Positions 26,420 to 40,160 of a DNA stretch of 59,383 nucleotides are shown here, piece after piece. The stretch is from the NCBI RefSeq assembly GCF_004010195.1, contig NC_057728.1:51324469-51383851 (forward strand), in the 5' to 3' direction. Under the pieces are notes generated by a model. It was not told the origin of the DNA and made no database searches. It saw only the letters and a program-made list of their open reading frames with translations. Source of the stretch: Chiloscyllium plagiosum (taxonomy: Eukaryota). The translations under genes were made by a program, and so were the position numbers. Each line of letters begins with the position of its first letter. Position 1 is the first letter of the stretch.

Positions 26420-26680
26420 AGGAGACTGGAAGAACACAGAATGCCAGGCAGCATCAGGAGGTGGAGAAGTCAACACTTCGGGTGTAACCCTTCTTCAGGG
26501 CTAAGGGTGGGTGCAGGGTGGCGAAGTGGGGATAGGTAAAGACGGGTAGAGGATACAACCTGGTTGGTCAATGGGAGGAATGAATCCAGCTGGTGGCAGG
26601 GAGAAGTGGAAGGGAGGGGGGAGGGGATGGGAAGGGAGGTTATTTGAAATTGGAGAATTCAATGTTGAGTCCTCTGGGTC
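26420..26680 (-). mobile_element. Penelope-like 3' fragment with degenerate hammerhead motif (about 26470-26498)
   Basis: Minus strand reads ctgaagaagggttacacccgaagtgttgacttctcc...gatgctgcctgg; aggactcaacattgaattctccaatttc resembles the GIY-YIG ORF end (GLNIEFSNF). Confidence 0.65.
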
Positions 26681-26859
26681 CTTGGAGCAATTCTAGTGTT
26701 TTTCCTTTGGTTACATCTAAATTTATAGATCCCGATCCATTCATTAAGAGTTGATGGAAAACATCTTTGGGACTATAAGAAGGTGCAATTTAGTTTATAG
26801 AATCTGCATCAGATGACACTGTCAGCATTGCAACTAACATGCAATACGTATTACTAACA

Positions 26860-28160
26860 TAGAAATGACCAAAGAGTCAGTGCTGGGACAACTGTACAAT
26901 ATATACTAATGACAGGGAGGAAGCATCAAATGAATTGTAGCCTAATTTGCAGACATAGATGGAAAAAACAAGTTACAAGAGGGATAAAGTACTTGCAGGG
27001 AGATATTGATAGGTTAAGTAATGGACAAAAAGTTGGCAAATGGAGTATAATGTGGGAAATGTGAAGTTGTTCATTTTGGAAGGGAGAACAAAAGAACAGA
27101 TCATTTAAAGAGAGAAAACTGCAGAAAAGTGTAAAACAAAGGGACTCGTGGATACCTGTACAGAGAATACAAAAAGTTAACACACAGGAGCAGCAGGTAA
27201 TCAGGAATGGCCCTTATTTCAAGAGGATTGGAGTAGAACAGTTAGAGAAGTCTTACTACAACCATAGAAGGTGTTGGTGAGACCACATCTGCAGTATAGA
27301 GAGCAGTTCGAGTCCCCTTATGTAAAGGGAGATATCATGTCATTGGAGGCAGTTCACAGAAGGTTCACTAGGACAATCCACAGTATGAAGAAATTGTCTT
27401 ACAAGCAAAGGCTAAACAGGTTGGGGCTCTACTCACCAGAGTTTAGAAGAAGGAGATGTGGTCGCATTGAAAATGTAGGATTTTTAAAATCGGCCTTGAC
27501 AGCATTAATGTGGAGAGGATCTTTTTCCCTTCTGGGAGAGCATAGGTTCAGAGGGCATAATCTCAGAATAAAGTGTTACCAATTTAAAATGGAGGGGAGG
27601 AGGAATTGTTCCCGAGGGTTGAGAGTTTTTTTAAACTTTTTGCCACAGAGTTGCAGGGGCAGGGTCCTTGCTCATGATTAGATTCCCTACAGTGTGGAAA
27701 TAGGCCCTCCAGTCCAACAAGTCCACACCGATCCTCTGAACAGTAACCCACCCAGACCCATTTCCCTCTGACTAATGCACCTAGCACTATGGGCAATTTA
27801 GCATAGCCAATCCGCCTGACCTGCACATCTTTGGACTGTGGGAGGAAACCGGAGCACCCAGAGGAAACCCACGCAGACACAGGGAGAACGTGCAAACTCC
27901 ACACAGACAGACAGTCACCCAAGGCTGGAATCGATCCTGGGACGCTGGTGCTGTGAGGTGGCAATGCTAACGACTGAGCCACCGTACCGCCATGTTTAAG
28001 ATGGAGATAGACAGACAGTTTCTTGATCAGTCATGAAAATCAAAGGTTACAGGGGAAAATGGAAATGGAGGAATTTTGGATTGAGCAAGATCACATTGAA
28101 TGGCAGACCAGGCTCAAGGGGTGAATGGCCTATTCCTGTTCCTATTTCTTATGGTGTGAT
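26860..28160 (+). mobile_element. CR1 LINE RT/3' fragment
   Basis: ORF 27271-27681 LVRPHLQY...LEAVHRRFTR...LGLYSPEFRR; ends cctattcctgttcctatttcttatg. Confidence 0.8.
27677..27991 (-). mobile_element. HE1-type V-SINE nested in CR1
   Basis: Full reverse complement of HE1, from the gattaga tail to the gagccaccgtaccgcc head. Confidence 0.9.
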
Positions 28161-29855
28161 CTGTTGTGAGTAGGTTCCTTCAGCCCAAAGTAATTTGGTG
28201 TGGATGGGAACATTCATCTTTCTCGTCTAACTAGAAGAGTATTTTGTGTAAATAATATGAATTTATTGCATTATCGCAACTATTTAGAGGTTATATTAAT
28301 ATGACAAATATCATTGGAGAGATTGTAGGGAGCAGACCAGACCCAGGTCTACTTCCACAGGCTCCTTCTTTACTTGGACTATGTCCCCCCTGATCAGTCG
28401 GTGGTTTTTACTACAAGTAACCCTTTTGGGGCCATCTACAACAGTCTCAGGCTTCAACTTTAACCTGATCTTCTAGTATTGGCTACCGCTGAGGTGTGGG
28501 TTCCAAGGACATTGAGCACTGAAGGGCAGCCAACCATTTGTGACATCTTCAAAAAATGCAAAAATCAAATCAATAGAATCTCTGCAGAAGCACAGAATAT
28601 AAGCCCATTTAAACAGAGGTTCATCTGAAACTATGAATGGAACATACAACACTGCAACATCAGCAGTCATGTCTTCACCCCTTCAGTCATTGGAAAATTA
28701 CAGCCTCTTATCTCAGTGAGCTTTCAGACTTCAACAGCATAAGTGGAATGGAAAGTATTTCCTGCGTTGTTTAAATTTGGAACATGTCAAGCTGCAATTC
28801 ACCTATTCACTATTTGCTTAACATTAGGAACAAAAAAAAACTATTTCTCCAAATGCTGCACTGCCAACAAGTTTAACAGGCAAAGTTTGCCGAGGGAAGA
28901 TGCTCTCAAACTTGGTCTGTGAAAACTTTGAGGAGATGATTGCGTTTTGGTACCAATTACCAGCTTAACAGAATTAACTCTGTTACAGGAATGCACAGGC
29001 CTTCCCACTTGGGAAGCTCAATTCTCGTGAACTGCATATTTATTCACAAAGAAAGAACATAACATGATTTTACAGAAATCTTATGCAGTGATTTCACCAG
29101 TGCTCCTTTATTGCATACTGGACATTTGAAGTCTACAAACTGTGTACATTTACAATACAAAGATCCTGGGTCAGCTCTCTAGGGTTTTGGCTTTTTGCTG
29201 CATTTACAAATCTATTTATACACAATGCAATCTATGCCAGCAACTTCTGGGGGCTCAGAGTGTTGACACCAGTCCCTAGCTTTCCAACCTGAATTTAATA
29301 TAGTTAACCAAACTTGTTTTCTTTCCATCTTCCTGTACACCAGAAAAACCGAGTAGGGATGAGCCAGTTCTGCTGCTGCTTTTTCTCCTTTTTCTATGCT
29401 TTCCTTTTTCAATCACAGTAAGTATGCCGCGGAGCCAGGACAGGGCAAGTGTTTGTATATCAAAATCACTGATGCAGGAAGCTAGTTGAAGTGGGAGATT
29501 CAGAAGAGGAAAGGTCCACTTCTGAATTAGGTCTTCACTTCACATAGTGACACAGAAAGAGACAGAGACAGAGACACACACACATAGACAAACTAATCTG
29601 CAACCTCGTCAGCACTGCCTGAAATGTTAATTCATGGTACCAATCAGCTGGACATACGCATGAAACCTTTTGAAAAGGACACGTTTCAAACGTCACAGGC
29701 AACAGCAGAAAAAATGTTGCATCTGCACAAAACACAGGCTGTTTGAACAGAGATACTGAGTCTGCAACATTGTCAGAGAGAGGTCACAAGACCACAAATT
29801 GTTTAGTGTCTCAGGAACTTTGCCCTCTTTCTCCAAAAGCCCCTCTCAGACTCAG

Positions 29856-30622
29856 ACGTACAGCACAGAAACAGATCCTTCAGTCCAACTCGTCCATGCC
29901 AACCAGATATCCTAACCTAATCTAGTCCCATTTGCCAGCACTTTTCCCCAAATCTCTCTAAACCCTTCCTATTCATATACCTATCCAGATGCCTTTTAAA
30001 TGTTGCAATCGTACCAGCCTCCACCACTTCCTGTGGCAGCTCATCCAATACACGTACCACCCTCTGCTTGAAAAGGCTGCTCTTTAGTCCCTTCTATATC
30101 TTTCCCCTCTCACCCTAAACCTATGCTCTCTAATTCTGGACTCCCCCACCCCAGGGAAAAGACTTTGTCTATTTATCCTATCAATGCCCCTCATGACTTT
30201 GGAAACCTTTGTAAGGTCATCCCTCAGCATCCAATGCTCCAGAGAAAATAGCCCTGGCAAACTTCCTAAAGCTCAAACCCTCCAACCCTTTCAAGTTTCA
30301 CAACATCTTTCCGATAAGAGGGAGGCCAGAACTGCATGCAATATTCCAAAAAGTGGCCTAACCAATGTACTGTACAGACGCAACATGACCTCCCAACTCC
30401 TATACTCAATGGTCTGACTAATAAAGGAAAGCATACCAAATACCTTCTTCACTATCCCATTTACCTGCAATTCCACTTTCAAGGGACAATGAACCTACAA
30501 TCTAAGGTCTCTTTGTTCAGCAACACTCCCCAGGACCCCACTATTAAGTGTATAAATCCTGCTCTGATTTGCCTTTCCAAAATGCAGCACCTCACGTTTA
30601 TCTAAATTAAACTCCATCTGAT
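29856..30622 (-). mobile_element. CR1/HER1 LINE 3' fragment
   Basis: Reverse complement of 14950-15745 (FGMLSFISQTIEYRSWEVMLRLY). Confidence 0.88.
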
Positions 30623-32896
30623 ATTTGAGTTGAAACCAGCTAAAAGGCCTCATCACTAAAAATTAAGTGTTGTTAAAAATTAAGTCTAAACCTACACTAC
30701 CGCCTCCAGGTAAAGAGAGTTCAACCAGCCAAAACTAATCCAAGGAATAAACTCCAATGCCATCAGCTGGTGTAGTGTGTGGCTTCGGCTACAGACCAGC
30801 ATTTGGAACAATGTATGAATAAGTCTTCTTTAGCCAAATTACAATGCAGAGTTTTATATTTCTTTTGCAGGTTTAAAAGGTTACCAAAGAACTTTTCCAC
30901 AGGATAATTGCACATTGTAAATCTTTTATTCGTTATTGCATTGTTGCTGGAGTGCTTTTATTTGCAACTAATTGCTTTTGTATTAGTTAATCTAAGGAAC
31001 TGGGTTGATTTGTTTCTGATACGTTTAGATTGTATGCAGCCCAGTATCTACAATGTCACCACTCGTGCAATTCAAATTTTGTTGTGGCCAGTGGAGGAGT
31101 GGAACAAGGAATCAGTTCACCCTTCTCATGGAGTTGTAACATTAGCAAGCTCTAAATCTTGTACAAAACCTAAACTTGTTGCAGCTCCCGGTTTGAGAAG
31201 AGGCACAGGACAGAGTAGCTGGACTCCTTAACCACTATCAACATGACTGAACGTGGTAGAATTCATTAAATTTTTAATGCTCAAAGTGGGTCACATATGG
31301 CACAAAGCTAAAGCTATATTCAAAAAAATATAAATCAGGATTGTCTTTAAAGATTGGATCATACCCCTGGTTCTGATAATGTTGTCAGAAAACTAATTAT
31401 AAGAAGTGACAGAGATAAGATCATTTGAGACCAAATTATATGGTTGATCAGCTTCCAATGTAGATTCTAAAGATTAACTTTCTTGACAACCAATTAAACT
31501 TAAAACTACATCCAAATTAGACAAAATATTTTCTTTGATATATAATGCTGTGGAGCGTATGTGTAAATAAATGCAAGTACATTGCAAAGCTACAAGTTGC
31601 AAGAATGGGACCTCCCACACAGAAAAATTTCTAACTGCTCATCTGTAACAGAGTTAAACTTGCCAAAATGACAATCATACCAAATCATAACCACCTCCTT
31701 GGAAGTTCCAGTTTTTTTTTATTTTTGTGCTCAAGCCCTAGGGTGAGACTTGAACTTGTAGCCTTGTGACTCAGGTGGTGTGTGCGCAAGAAATTGAGTC
31801 AGATCTGACACTATATACACATTAAAAAAAAGACTGAAGTCAAAATATTATCTGGGCCACCCAACCTGTTCTAAAAACCCGCAATGCCTTGTGCAAGACA
31901 ATCTAGACACTTCCTACCTATCAGGAAGAGTGTCATCTCCTGGGAGAAGGCAGGACATTGAGCAAAATCTCAGTCACCTAGAGGAGGGATGCAAAAACCC
32001 AGTAAAATTCCTCTTCAAACCCCTCATGTGATTAATCTGCTGGAGTCAACTCATTCTGGGTTTGATTAACATCAGGTGGTATCTACCTTTTGTTGTCCTG
32101 CTTTTGAATAATACATTTAACTGAACACGTTGTAACATTAATAACAGTGCTTCAGAAATCTGTGTAAACAGATCAGTACTCAGGTTTTTTTTTAAAATCT
32201 AAGACTCATATCAATACTATAATAACAATCACATGGCTATCCTCGCTTCTGAAGAGCCAACGACCCGAAATGTTGATAGTTTCTCCAAAGCTACTGACTT
32301 GCCAAATAATTTCTGCAATATTTGAAATAAATTTTTAAATATTATTAATTACATGTCTGAGATTTGTTTTCAGATATTTTTTCAGAATGTGTGAATATGG
32401 ATCCTTAGTAGCAGCAAAACTACATTTAAATATCCAACAATGAAACATATTAACAGACAGACTCCTGTATCTCTTTATACCCACGCTGCAAATTCCTTCT
32501 CCTATTTTGACAATGTCCCTTGTATAGAATTTAAAAAGAATTGTGCAGCTTAATGGCCAGAGAGAAACTTGGATACCTCAAGCTGTTCATACACAGTTAA
32601 AACCAGTTGGAGAACCAGCTAGAACTAATCCTCATTCATGTAACTTTATTCATAAAAATATTTTTATTTACATAGTCACTGAAGCCATTTGGTTCCATGC
32701 AGCAGCAAATGAAGAAAGAAACAAACAAACAAACATTGGAGTTTGATTATTCAGCAAACAAGCCCAAGGCATTTCTTATTTGTTCAAGATTATATTTACA
32801 TATATACTAGGAGGGTCTGATAACTGTATGCACCCCCATTTAACTTCAGCAGGAAGACCTCAGACCGTGATCTTTCCCCATTAGTGCCCCTTCACA

Positions 32897-33623
32897 TTTT
32901 TTTAAAAAATTCAAAAATATACTTTATTTATAAAATAATTCGATGGTCTGTACAGTTGGTCATGCCATACATACGTAAACATTTACATACAGAGATCAGA
33001 ATTTATCATTTGTATATACAGGTCTGTACGTTTATCAATCATATGTCCATATATTTAGCTGAGGTGTCAGCAGAGCCCCAGTGACTGCTTGGGCCCTCTG
33101 TTCTTCTTAGGCAGGCAGATATTACACAGTGGTCTTTCCCCACCACGCCTTGGCAGCAGCTGCCCCAAGCTTCAGCACGTTCCTCAACACATAGTCCTGG
33201 ACCTTGGAATGTGCCAGTCTGCAACACTCAGTCAGGGTCAACTCCTTCAGCTGAAGATCAACAGGTTTCAGACCGCCTAGAGAGCGCCCTTCACCGAGTT
33301 GATGATCCTCCAGGCACAGTTGATGTTCGTCTCGGTGTGCATCCCGGGGAACAGGCCGTAGAGCACGGAGTCCCGGGTCACGGCGCTGCTCGGGACGAAC
33401 CTCGACAAACACCACTTCATTCCTCTCCAGACTTCTTCTGCGTAAGCACATTCCAGAAGGAGGTGTGTGACAGTCTCATTTCCCCCCCCACCCCCCGCAG
33501 CCGCTTCGAGGACAGCGTGGGGCGAGGCTGAGTGTCCAGGCGTGCATAAAGGATCTCACAGGCAGAGCCCTTCTCACCACCAGCCAAGCCAAGTTGGAAA
33601 GTTCTGGCGATGAGGCATTCTGT
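32897..33623 (-). mobile_element. Tx1-like non-LTR retrotransposon, 5' truncated, same family as 1-750
   Basis: High identity to 36-605 (LKELTLTECCRLAHSKVQDYVL...AAAAKAWWGKTTV); T tract at 32897. Confidence 0.85.
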
Positions 33624-36600
33624 CCATAAACCCCCACACACACTTCCAGCTCAGTTCACTGGTCACTTATCAGGGACACAAATCGTCAGGTCTTACCCTG
33701 AAGGAACACACTCAAAGTCACAGTTTTAGTTTTAACAAAGATTAAGAAAGTTTTCATTAAAACTGCTGTTGGGTGCACTTCAAATTAGTTTCTTTTCCGA
33801 GTACTGTACATTATCCAACATTAACCCATTTCCCGACAGGAGCCCTGGCTGATTTCCTCTCCGGACCAATGACACTATCCCAAACAGCATGTACAAACCT
33901 TCCTCTCTAATCCAATCACCTCACCAACTAATAACACAATAAACAAATTGACTATGGGTGCAGCATGTTGTACTCGCAGGAAAAACAGCGCATGTCTCCT
34001 GAAAGCCTGGATTTAGAAAGTCCTAACATATCCTCATCCATCAACGCTATAACATTCGCTGAGTATTCAAATAAATAGTGGGCACAAACGGCCTTTTACA
34101 AACTGCTCAGCTCCCTGGGCCTCGCAGGGGTGCCGTTACAATCAGCTCCTGTTAGCTCAGTCTAAATGGGCCTTTACAAATGTCCTCAAATGTGTTGATT
34201 TTACACCAACTCATGGTATAAAAATAAAGGAGGAACATGTCTCCGCAACAGATCTGAGGGCCACTCCCAGCTCTTGTAGAGTGCCAGATACACACCTAAA
34301 CTCTCCCTGCCCGGGAGGATACAGAGCACATGTACGGACATTACTTTCTCTTGGGGACAGCGACACAGAGAGAGAGAGGCAGACAGACAGAGACATTGAA
34401 GTCTGGATATTTGCAGTAGTGAAGGTTTGAGGAGCGCAGTATCTCCCAGCCACACACTTTACACAGTTGTGAACTGGATTGCATTGCCCGGTGACACTAG
34501 CTTGATAAAAACAAACCCACACAGCCGTTATAATCTAAACTAGACACTCACTTTCTAAGCCAAACAAACAAACAGATGAGCTGCACAATGCTAATCTGAT
34601 GGCTAGTTACGAATACGCTCCGAGAGTTTTAGACTACTCAATATCACCAGCCCTACTCTGGCAGAACATTAAGAATTCTCTAATCTTTCTAATCAGATTG
34701 TAACAATGTAACCGAGAATCTAGAAACTCTCAGGAGCTGCTGGAAATAAAAGGGCAATAGGGCTCCAGTCCCCCCCTCACTCTCAGAAAACAGCCTCAGG
34801 GCAGGGACCAATATATAATTACCAGTTGTTATACTACAGATCTCACGTTTCGCAATAGCCTTCGACTGGAAAGGGCTTGGTCTTGTTTAATAACAAATGA
34901 TGCTGCTGTCAGACTGTAACAGGTGATCTTTTCCTGGGAATATTGATTAGGTGTCAGCTTGGCTCAATTGGCAACACTCCGCTCACTCAGAGATTACTGA
35001 AGAAATAGGAAGCAGTTCAGTCTCTCAAGCTTACTCTGCCCTTCAATGAGATCATTGGCTGATCTTCAACACTATTGTCCTAAACCCTTTAATGTTTAAA
35101 AACTATAGAAATCTATTAAATTCTATATCAAATATACTCAGTGGCCGAGTCGCCACAGTTGTCTAGGGTAGAGAATTCCAAAGATTCATCACCTTCAAAG
35201 AAGGCATTCCTCCTCAGCTCAATCTGAAATGATCTATCCCTAATTCTGAGACAGCCCCCTGGTCCTAGGTACCCCAAGCCACAGGGGCGTGAGAAACAAG
35301 GTTAATACCTTGCTCTCAAACGGTTACATTAAACTCTAAAGTCTGCTCCTGGATTAATCAATCACAGGAAATGGGTGCTGCTGGATAAGCCAGCATTTGT
35401 CCCTCATCCTTAATTGCCCTGGGAAAGATGGCAGTGAACTGGTGCTTTGATCGCTACAGTCAATGGGGTGGGAGACTCAGTGCTGTTGGGGAAAAGCTTT
35501 CCTGGATTTTGACCGAATACACTACAGGAACGGTGATATGTTTCCAAATTGAGGCAGGATTGGCGGGGTTTTTAACCAAAGGTGTGTTACATCGCTGGAG
35601 ACAACATTTCTGAAAGAGGTTCGAAACAAACAAACATTCAGTCGGACGACAGAGAGAAGTTCACAAACTGTGCATTGAGAATTTTCAACGCATTGCACGA
35701 AACTTGTGAAACCCAAAACATCCGAGGGATGAAATCCCATAACTGGAAAGTACTTGCTGAACAATTCCATTTGCACTCATTGATTGCAACAAATTGAAAA
35801 TCAGTTGAGTTTATAATGTGGCTCACTTACGCATGCTAGAAGTGACAAGTTTGTATCCAAGCAGCTTGGAAGCCAATCACTCCCTGGTGCTTTCTCCATG
35901 GTAACACCTTGGCCAGTTGGGATTGATCTGCCAAATAATCAGCACTCTCTCCTCAAATATAAGAAGAAGTGTTGAGATTATTTGAAATTTAGCATTGGCA
36001 TGTTTATCCCCATAAGTGCAAGGGGAAAATCTTTGACAACATGTCTGTCTGTTCTTCTGTATCACTTGGACCCTTTCGACAAAAGTTAGAGATTGGACTG
36101 CAGGATATACCCTCTAGCCAGACAGTTGAAGCACCCTCTGTGGTATCATTACTAGAAATGCCACAGGTAGCTGCCCACATCAAACAATTAGGATCATCCA
36201 TGACACTCAGCAACTTAAACAATACAGAACCATTAAAATGCCTTCTTTCTCAAATGTTTCTGCATTTTCTACAAGCCAAGTGAGGCAGTAAGTTAAGTAT
36301 TGGAGTGGGCGTGACTGTGTTAGCACCAGAGCAAGTCAGTAAGCTAAGCACCAAAGCAATATTGAAACCAGCAGTACCCCACACATGCCCATGAGTGGAG
36401 AGGGCACTGAGCTCCCATTTCAGGTGCACAATAGATCAGTGCCAATTTTCTGTATCAGTGCAAGGCAGTAGATACAACGTTCGAAAAATATCTTGGGATA
36501 GTCATTGGCAGTGAGTGAGAGGGAAGGAGAGATACCAATCATAGTGCTAATTATTGCATATTATGAAAAGTGGGATATTCAAATCTTTGTATCTATTATG

Positions 36601-38364
36601 GTAAACATGAACTGCTGAAATACCAATAACTCCACGGAGGGGACCATAGCCACTGAGAGACATAACGCCACTCAAAGTTCTCACTGACGGTGACAAGGCC
36701 ACTTTAATTATTAAGTTCAGTAACATTTGCTGTTGAGAGGTTAAGACGCACTTGTTAAATTATTAATGGACAACAGGTTCTATGCATGAAATAATGCTCA
36801 TGTATAGCAGTGCTTGGCCCTGTCTTGATGCCAGCAGATGCTGCCAGTCTGCATTCAGACTCCATCACTTACTAGAGTTACTGTTTCATCATTCCCCAAA
36901 ATCTCAAAGTGTTTGAATTACCTTCACATCTGTATTTCATAGACCTAAAGTATGTGAAATAAAGACGTAATTCCATATGACCATATTGATATCTTAAATA
37001 TGCAACTGCTTATGTAACCTTCCTTCTTGAAATTGAAACAGAACTTACAATAGGAGCCTCGAGACTGCAACCTGATCCATGGACAGGAGTCCATGTTGTA
37101 GACAGATAGTCTCCCTGCTACAAGACTCCTGGCAAAGAGTGAACAAATTGGGCTTCCGCATTTCTCCAGCCTAGCCTCAAAAAAAAAATCAATCCTCAGA
37201 TTTATGGAAAAGACTGGAATTAGGGACAGAGGTTAACAATTAGGGGTCGCCCATTTAAAACCAATGCAGGAAGAAATGCTTTACCTCTTAAGACAGACTG
37301 GAGATGTCGGTCAGCACTGACGATTTGAGTCCACAATCAGACCAGCTATGGTCTTACCTCAATTTCAGAATAGGCTTGAGGGGTTGAATGGCTTACTCCT
37401 GCTCCTAATTCATTGATTCACCCATTTTATTTTAATAAAGTAACTCAAAAATGTGATAAACTCTGCAGCGAGAGTGAATCCTCCCCAATGAACATTGGTT
37501 ATGCTGCATCTCACCATGTCTGGCTACTAGTCATGATCAAATATTCTGAATGATACCAGTGACTCAGAGGTTCTTTTGAAAGCACCTTCTAAACCTGTGA
37601 ACTTTACTGTCGAAACAGGACAATAGCAGCAGACCATCGAAACACTGCAACCTCAGAGTTCTCACCCCCCCAAGCCACACACTTAGCTTCCAGACTTGGA
37701 ATTATAAAACCTCTCCTGATGCTTCCTGGAACATCCACCTTAATGGCACTGTGGCTATATCTGCACCATGCAGACAGCAGTGGTTCAAGATAGCAGCTCA
37801 CTACCCGCAACTTTCAAGGGTCAGACAGGCAACAAATGCTAACTTAGCTGGCAACATTCACTTCACAGGAACATAAAAAAAAAACTTCTGTTGTTGAGAT
37901 GGATACGAATCAAACCACAACACAAAGCGATAATATCACAATGCATTCATACCCTGGACCACAGCCCGCATAGGTTCAGTAAAGGGACAGTAAACAGTAC
38001 ATAACACTGCAGTCCCAGCACTGGAGTAAGAAGCCACAGGTCATGGGGTGAGACCAAGTTACTCAAAACACATGTTTTAAAAAAACAGAAAAGTTACATT
38101 TGGGCCCCATGAGCTTCAACCTTATCAACAGTAACTTACATTTACTGAGCAGCTTTAACACAGTAAGATGTACAGAGGTGCCAGGCAGGAGAGTTGTATA
38201 GCAAGATTAGATACAGTCAGGTACGTGAAGATAGCGGCAGGTGGTAAACTCGCTGGAATAAGTGTTAAAAGCTAGCCATAGCTAGTGACCATGAAACTAT
38301 CATTGATTGTTGTTCACAAGTCCTTCAGGGAGGGGAATCTGTTGTGGTTACAGTCTGGCCTACT

Positions 38365-38825
38365 TGTCATAGAGATGTACAGCATGGAAACAGACCCTTC
38401 AGTCCAATCCGTCCATGCAGACCAGATATCCCAACCCAATCTAGTCCCACCTACCAGCACCCGGCCCATATCCCTCCAAACCCTTCCTATTCATATACCC
38501 ATCCAGATGCCTCTTAAATGTTGCAATTGTACCAGCATCCATCACTTCCTCTGGCAGCTCATTCCATACACATACCATCCTCTGTGTGAAAAAGTTGCCC
38601 CTTAGGTCTCTTTTATATCTTTCCCCTCTCACCCTAAACCTATGCCCTCTAGTTCTGGACTCCCCGACCCCAGGGAAAAGACTTTGCCTATTTACCCTAT
38701 CCATGCCCCTCATAATTTTGAACATGACCTCCCAACTCCTGTACTCAATACTCTGACCAATAAAGGAAAGCATATCAAACTCCTTATTCACTATCCTATC
38801 TACCTGTGACTCCACTTTCAAGGAG
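38365..38825 (-). mobile_element. CR1/HER1 LINE 3' fragment with internal deletion
   Basis: ORF 38441-38821 SRTRGHRFRVRGERYKRDLRGNFFTQR...WNELPEEV; tail gtcatagag. Confidence 0.88.
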
Positions 38826-38849
38826 ACTCTTAACTGGCCTCTGAAGTCA

Positions 38850-39650
38850 CTTCATGAAGTAGCCTGGCATCTACAATGCAAAAGCCAGGAGTGTGATGGA
38901 ATGCTCCCTACTTGCCTGGAAGTGTGCAGCTCCACCACCAGAAGTAGCTTGACATTATGCAGGACAAGGCAAAAGTGGGTATTGCAGATGCTGGAGATCA
39001 GAGTCAAGATTAGAGTGGTACTGGAAAAGCACAGCAGGTCAGGCAGCATCGAGGACAAAGCAGCCCACCTGATTAGCATCACATCCACAAGGTTTAACTC
39101 TCTCCATCACCAATGCTCAATAGCAGCAGCGTACACCATCTATAAGACACATGGCAAAACTTCACATGCTCCTTGGACAGCACCTTCCAAACCCACAACG
39201 TCTCCCACTTGGAAGGAGAAGGGCCGCAGATACGTGAGAACACCATCACCAACAAGCTCCCCTTCAAGCCACCCCCATTCAAATTTGGAAATATATTGCT
39301 GTTCCTTCTTTGCTGGATCAAAATCCCTCCCTAACAACATAGGTGACTGTCTGCGTGGAGTTTGCACATTCCCCTTGTGTCTACGTGGGTTTCCTCCCAC
39401 AGTGTAAAGATGCCCAGGTCAGGTGAATTGGCAATGCTAAATTGCCCATAGTGTTAGGTGAATTAGTCAGAGGGAAATGGGTCTGGGTGGGTTACTCTTC
39501 AGAGTTGGTGTGGACTGATTGGGCCGAAGGGCCTGTTTCCACACTTGTAGGGAATCTAATCTAAACTCACTATCTCACTACCAAAGATAATAACGTATTG
39601 GCAATAAATGGTGGACCAGCCAGAGATGCCCACATTCCAAGCATATATGC
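38850..39650 (+). mobile_element. CR1-clade 3' fragment carrying a family-A arm (about 38968-39051) and a truncated HE1 SINE (39342-39564)
   Basis: aggacaa flanks the arm at 38961 and 39052; HE1 V-domain and aatct tail; host ends gcaataaatggtggaccagcc. Confidence 0.65.
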
Positions 39651-40160
39651 GGGGGGGGGGAATCATAGCGTCACAACGTTCTGACAGCACAACTCCTTGT
39701 GCCATTCTGCTACAATGTGGCCAACATTTATTACCCGTTCTTAACTGCTCATGAACTGATTAGGTCATTGCAGAGAAACCAAACGCCAAGTATTGCTGAT
39801 GCTGGAAATCTGAAATAAATACAAAATACAGAAGAAACTCAGCGATGTGTCGGTCTCAGGATTGTAACCGTTAACTTTGTTCCTGTTTACAGATGCTTTC
39901 AGATAGTTTTCATTTCAGATATCGGACAAAACCACGTTAATTTGGCTTTTATTTTCTCCGAGACGACCTAGCCAGTTCAAGGGCAGCTAGGAATAAGTAA
40001 CAAATGTTGGCTTTAAAGTAACACTCCACATTCCACGAACGGATGGAGAGGACGTCAGTGCTGCATTTCAACTGAGGAATTCAACAGAGAGAGAAACACA
40101 CACACACAGCCCCTAGCTTAGGTAACAGGAGAGATACCCATTTCTCACGGTGGCACTTAC

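Noticed and set aside
32860..33660. Target-site specificity or TSD for the Tx1-like copies
   Set aside because: No exact TSD, and the 3' flanks of the two copies share no visible motif.
40081..40160. C-terminal extension KCHREKWV...CVCFSLC of the 303-aa ORF
   Set aside because: Intron read-through past a canonical GTAAGT donor where family homology stops.
1..40160. Downstream ABTB3 exons (ankyrin or BTB domain)
   Set aside because: No recognisable family peptide in the ORF track; small exons could be missed, but a long first intron is the simpler reading.
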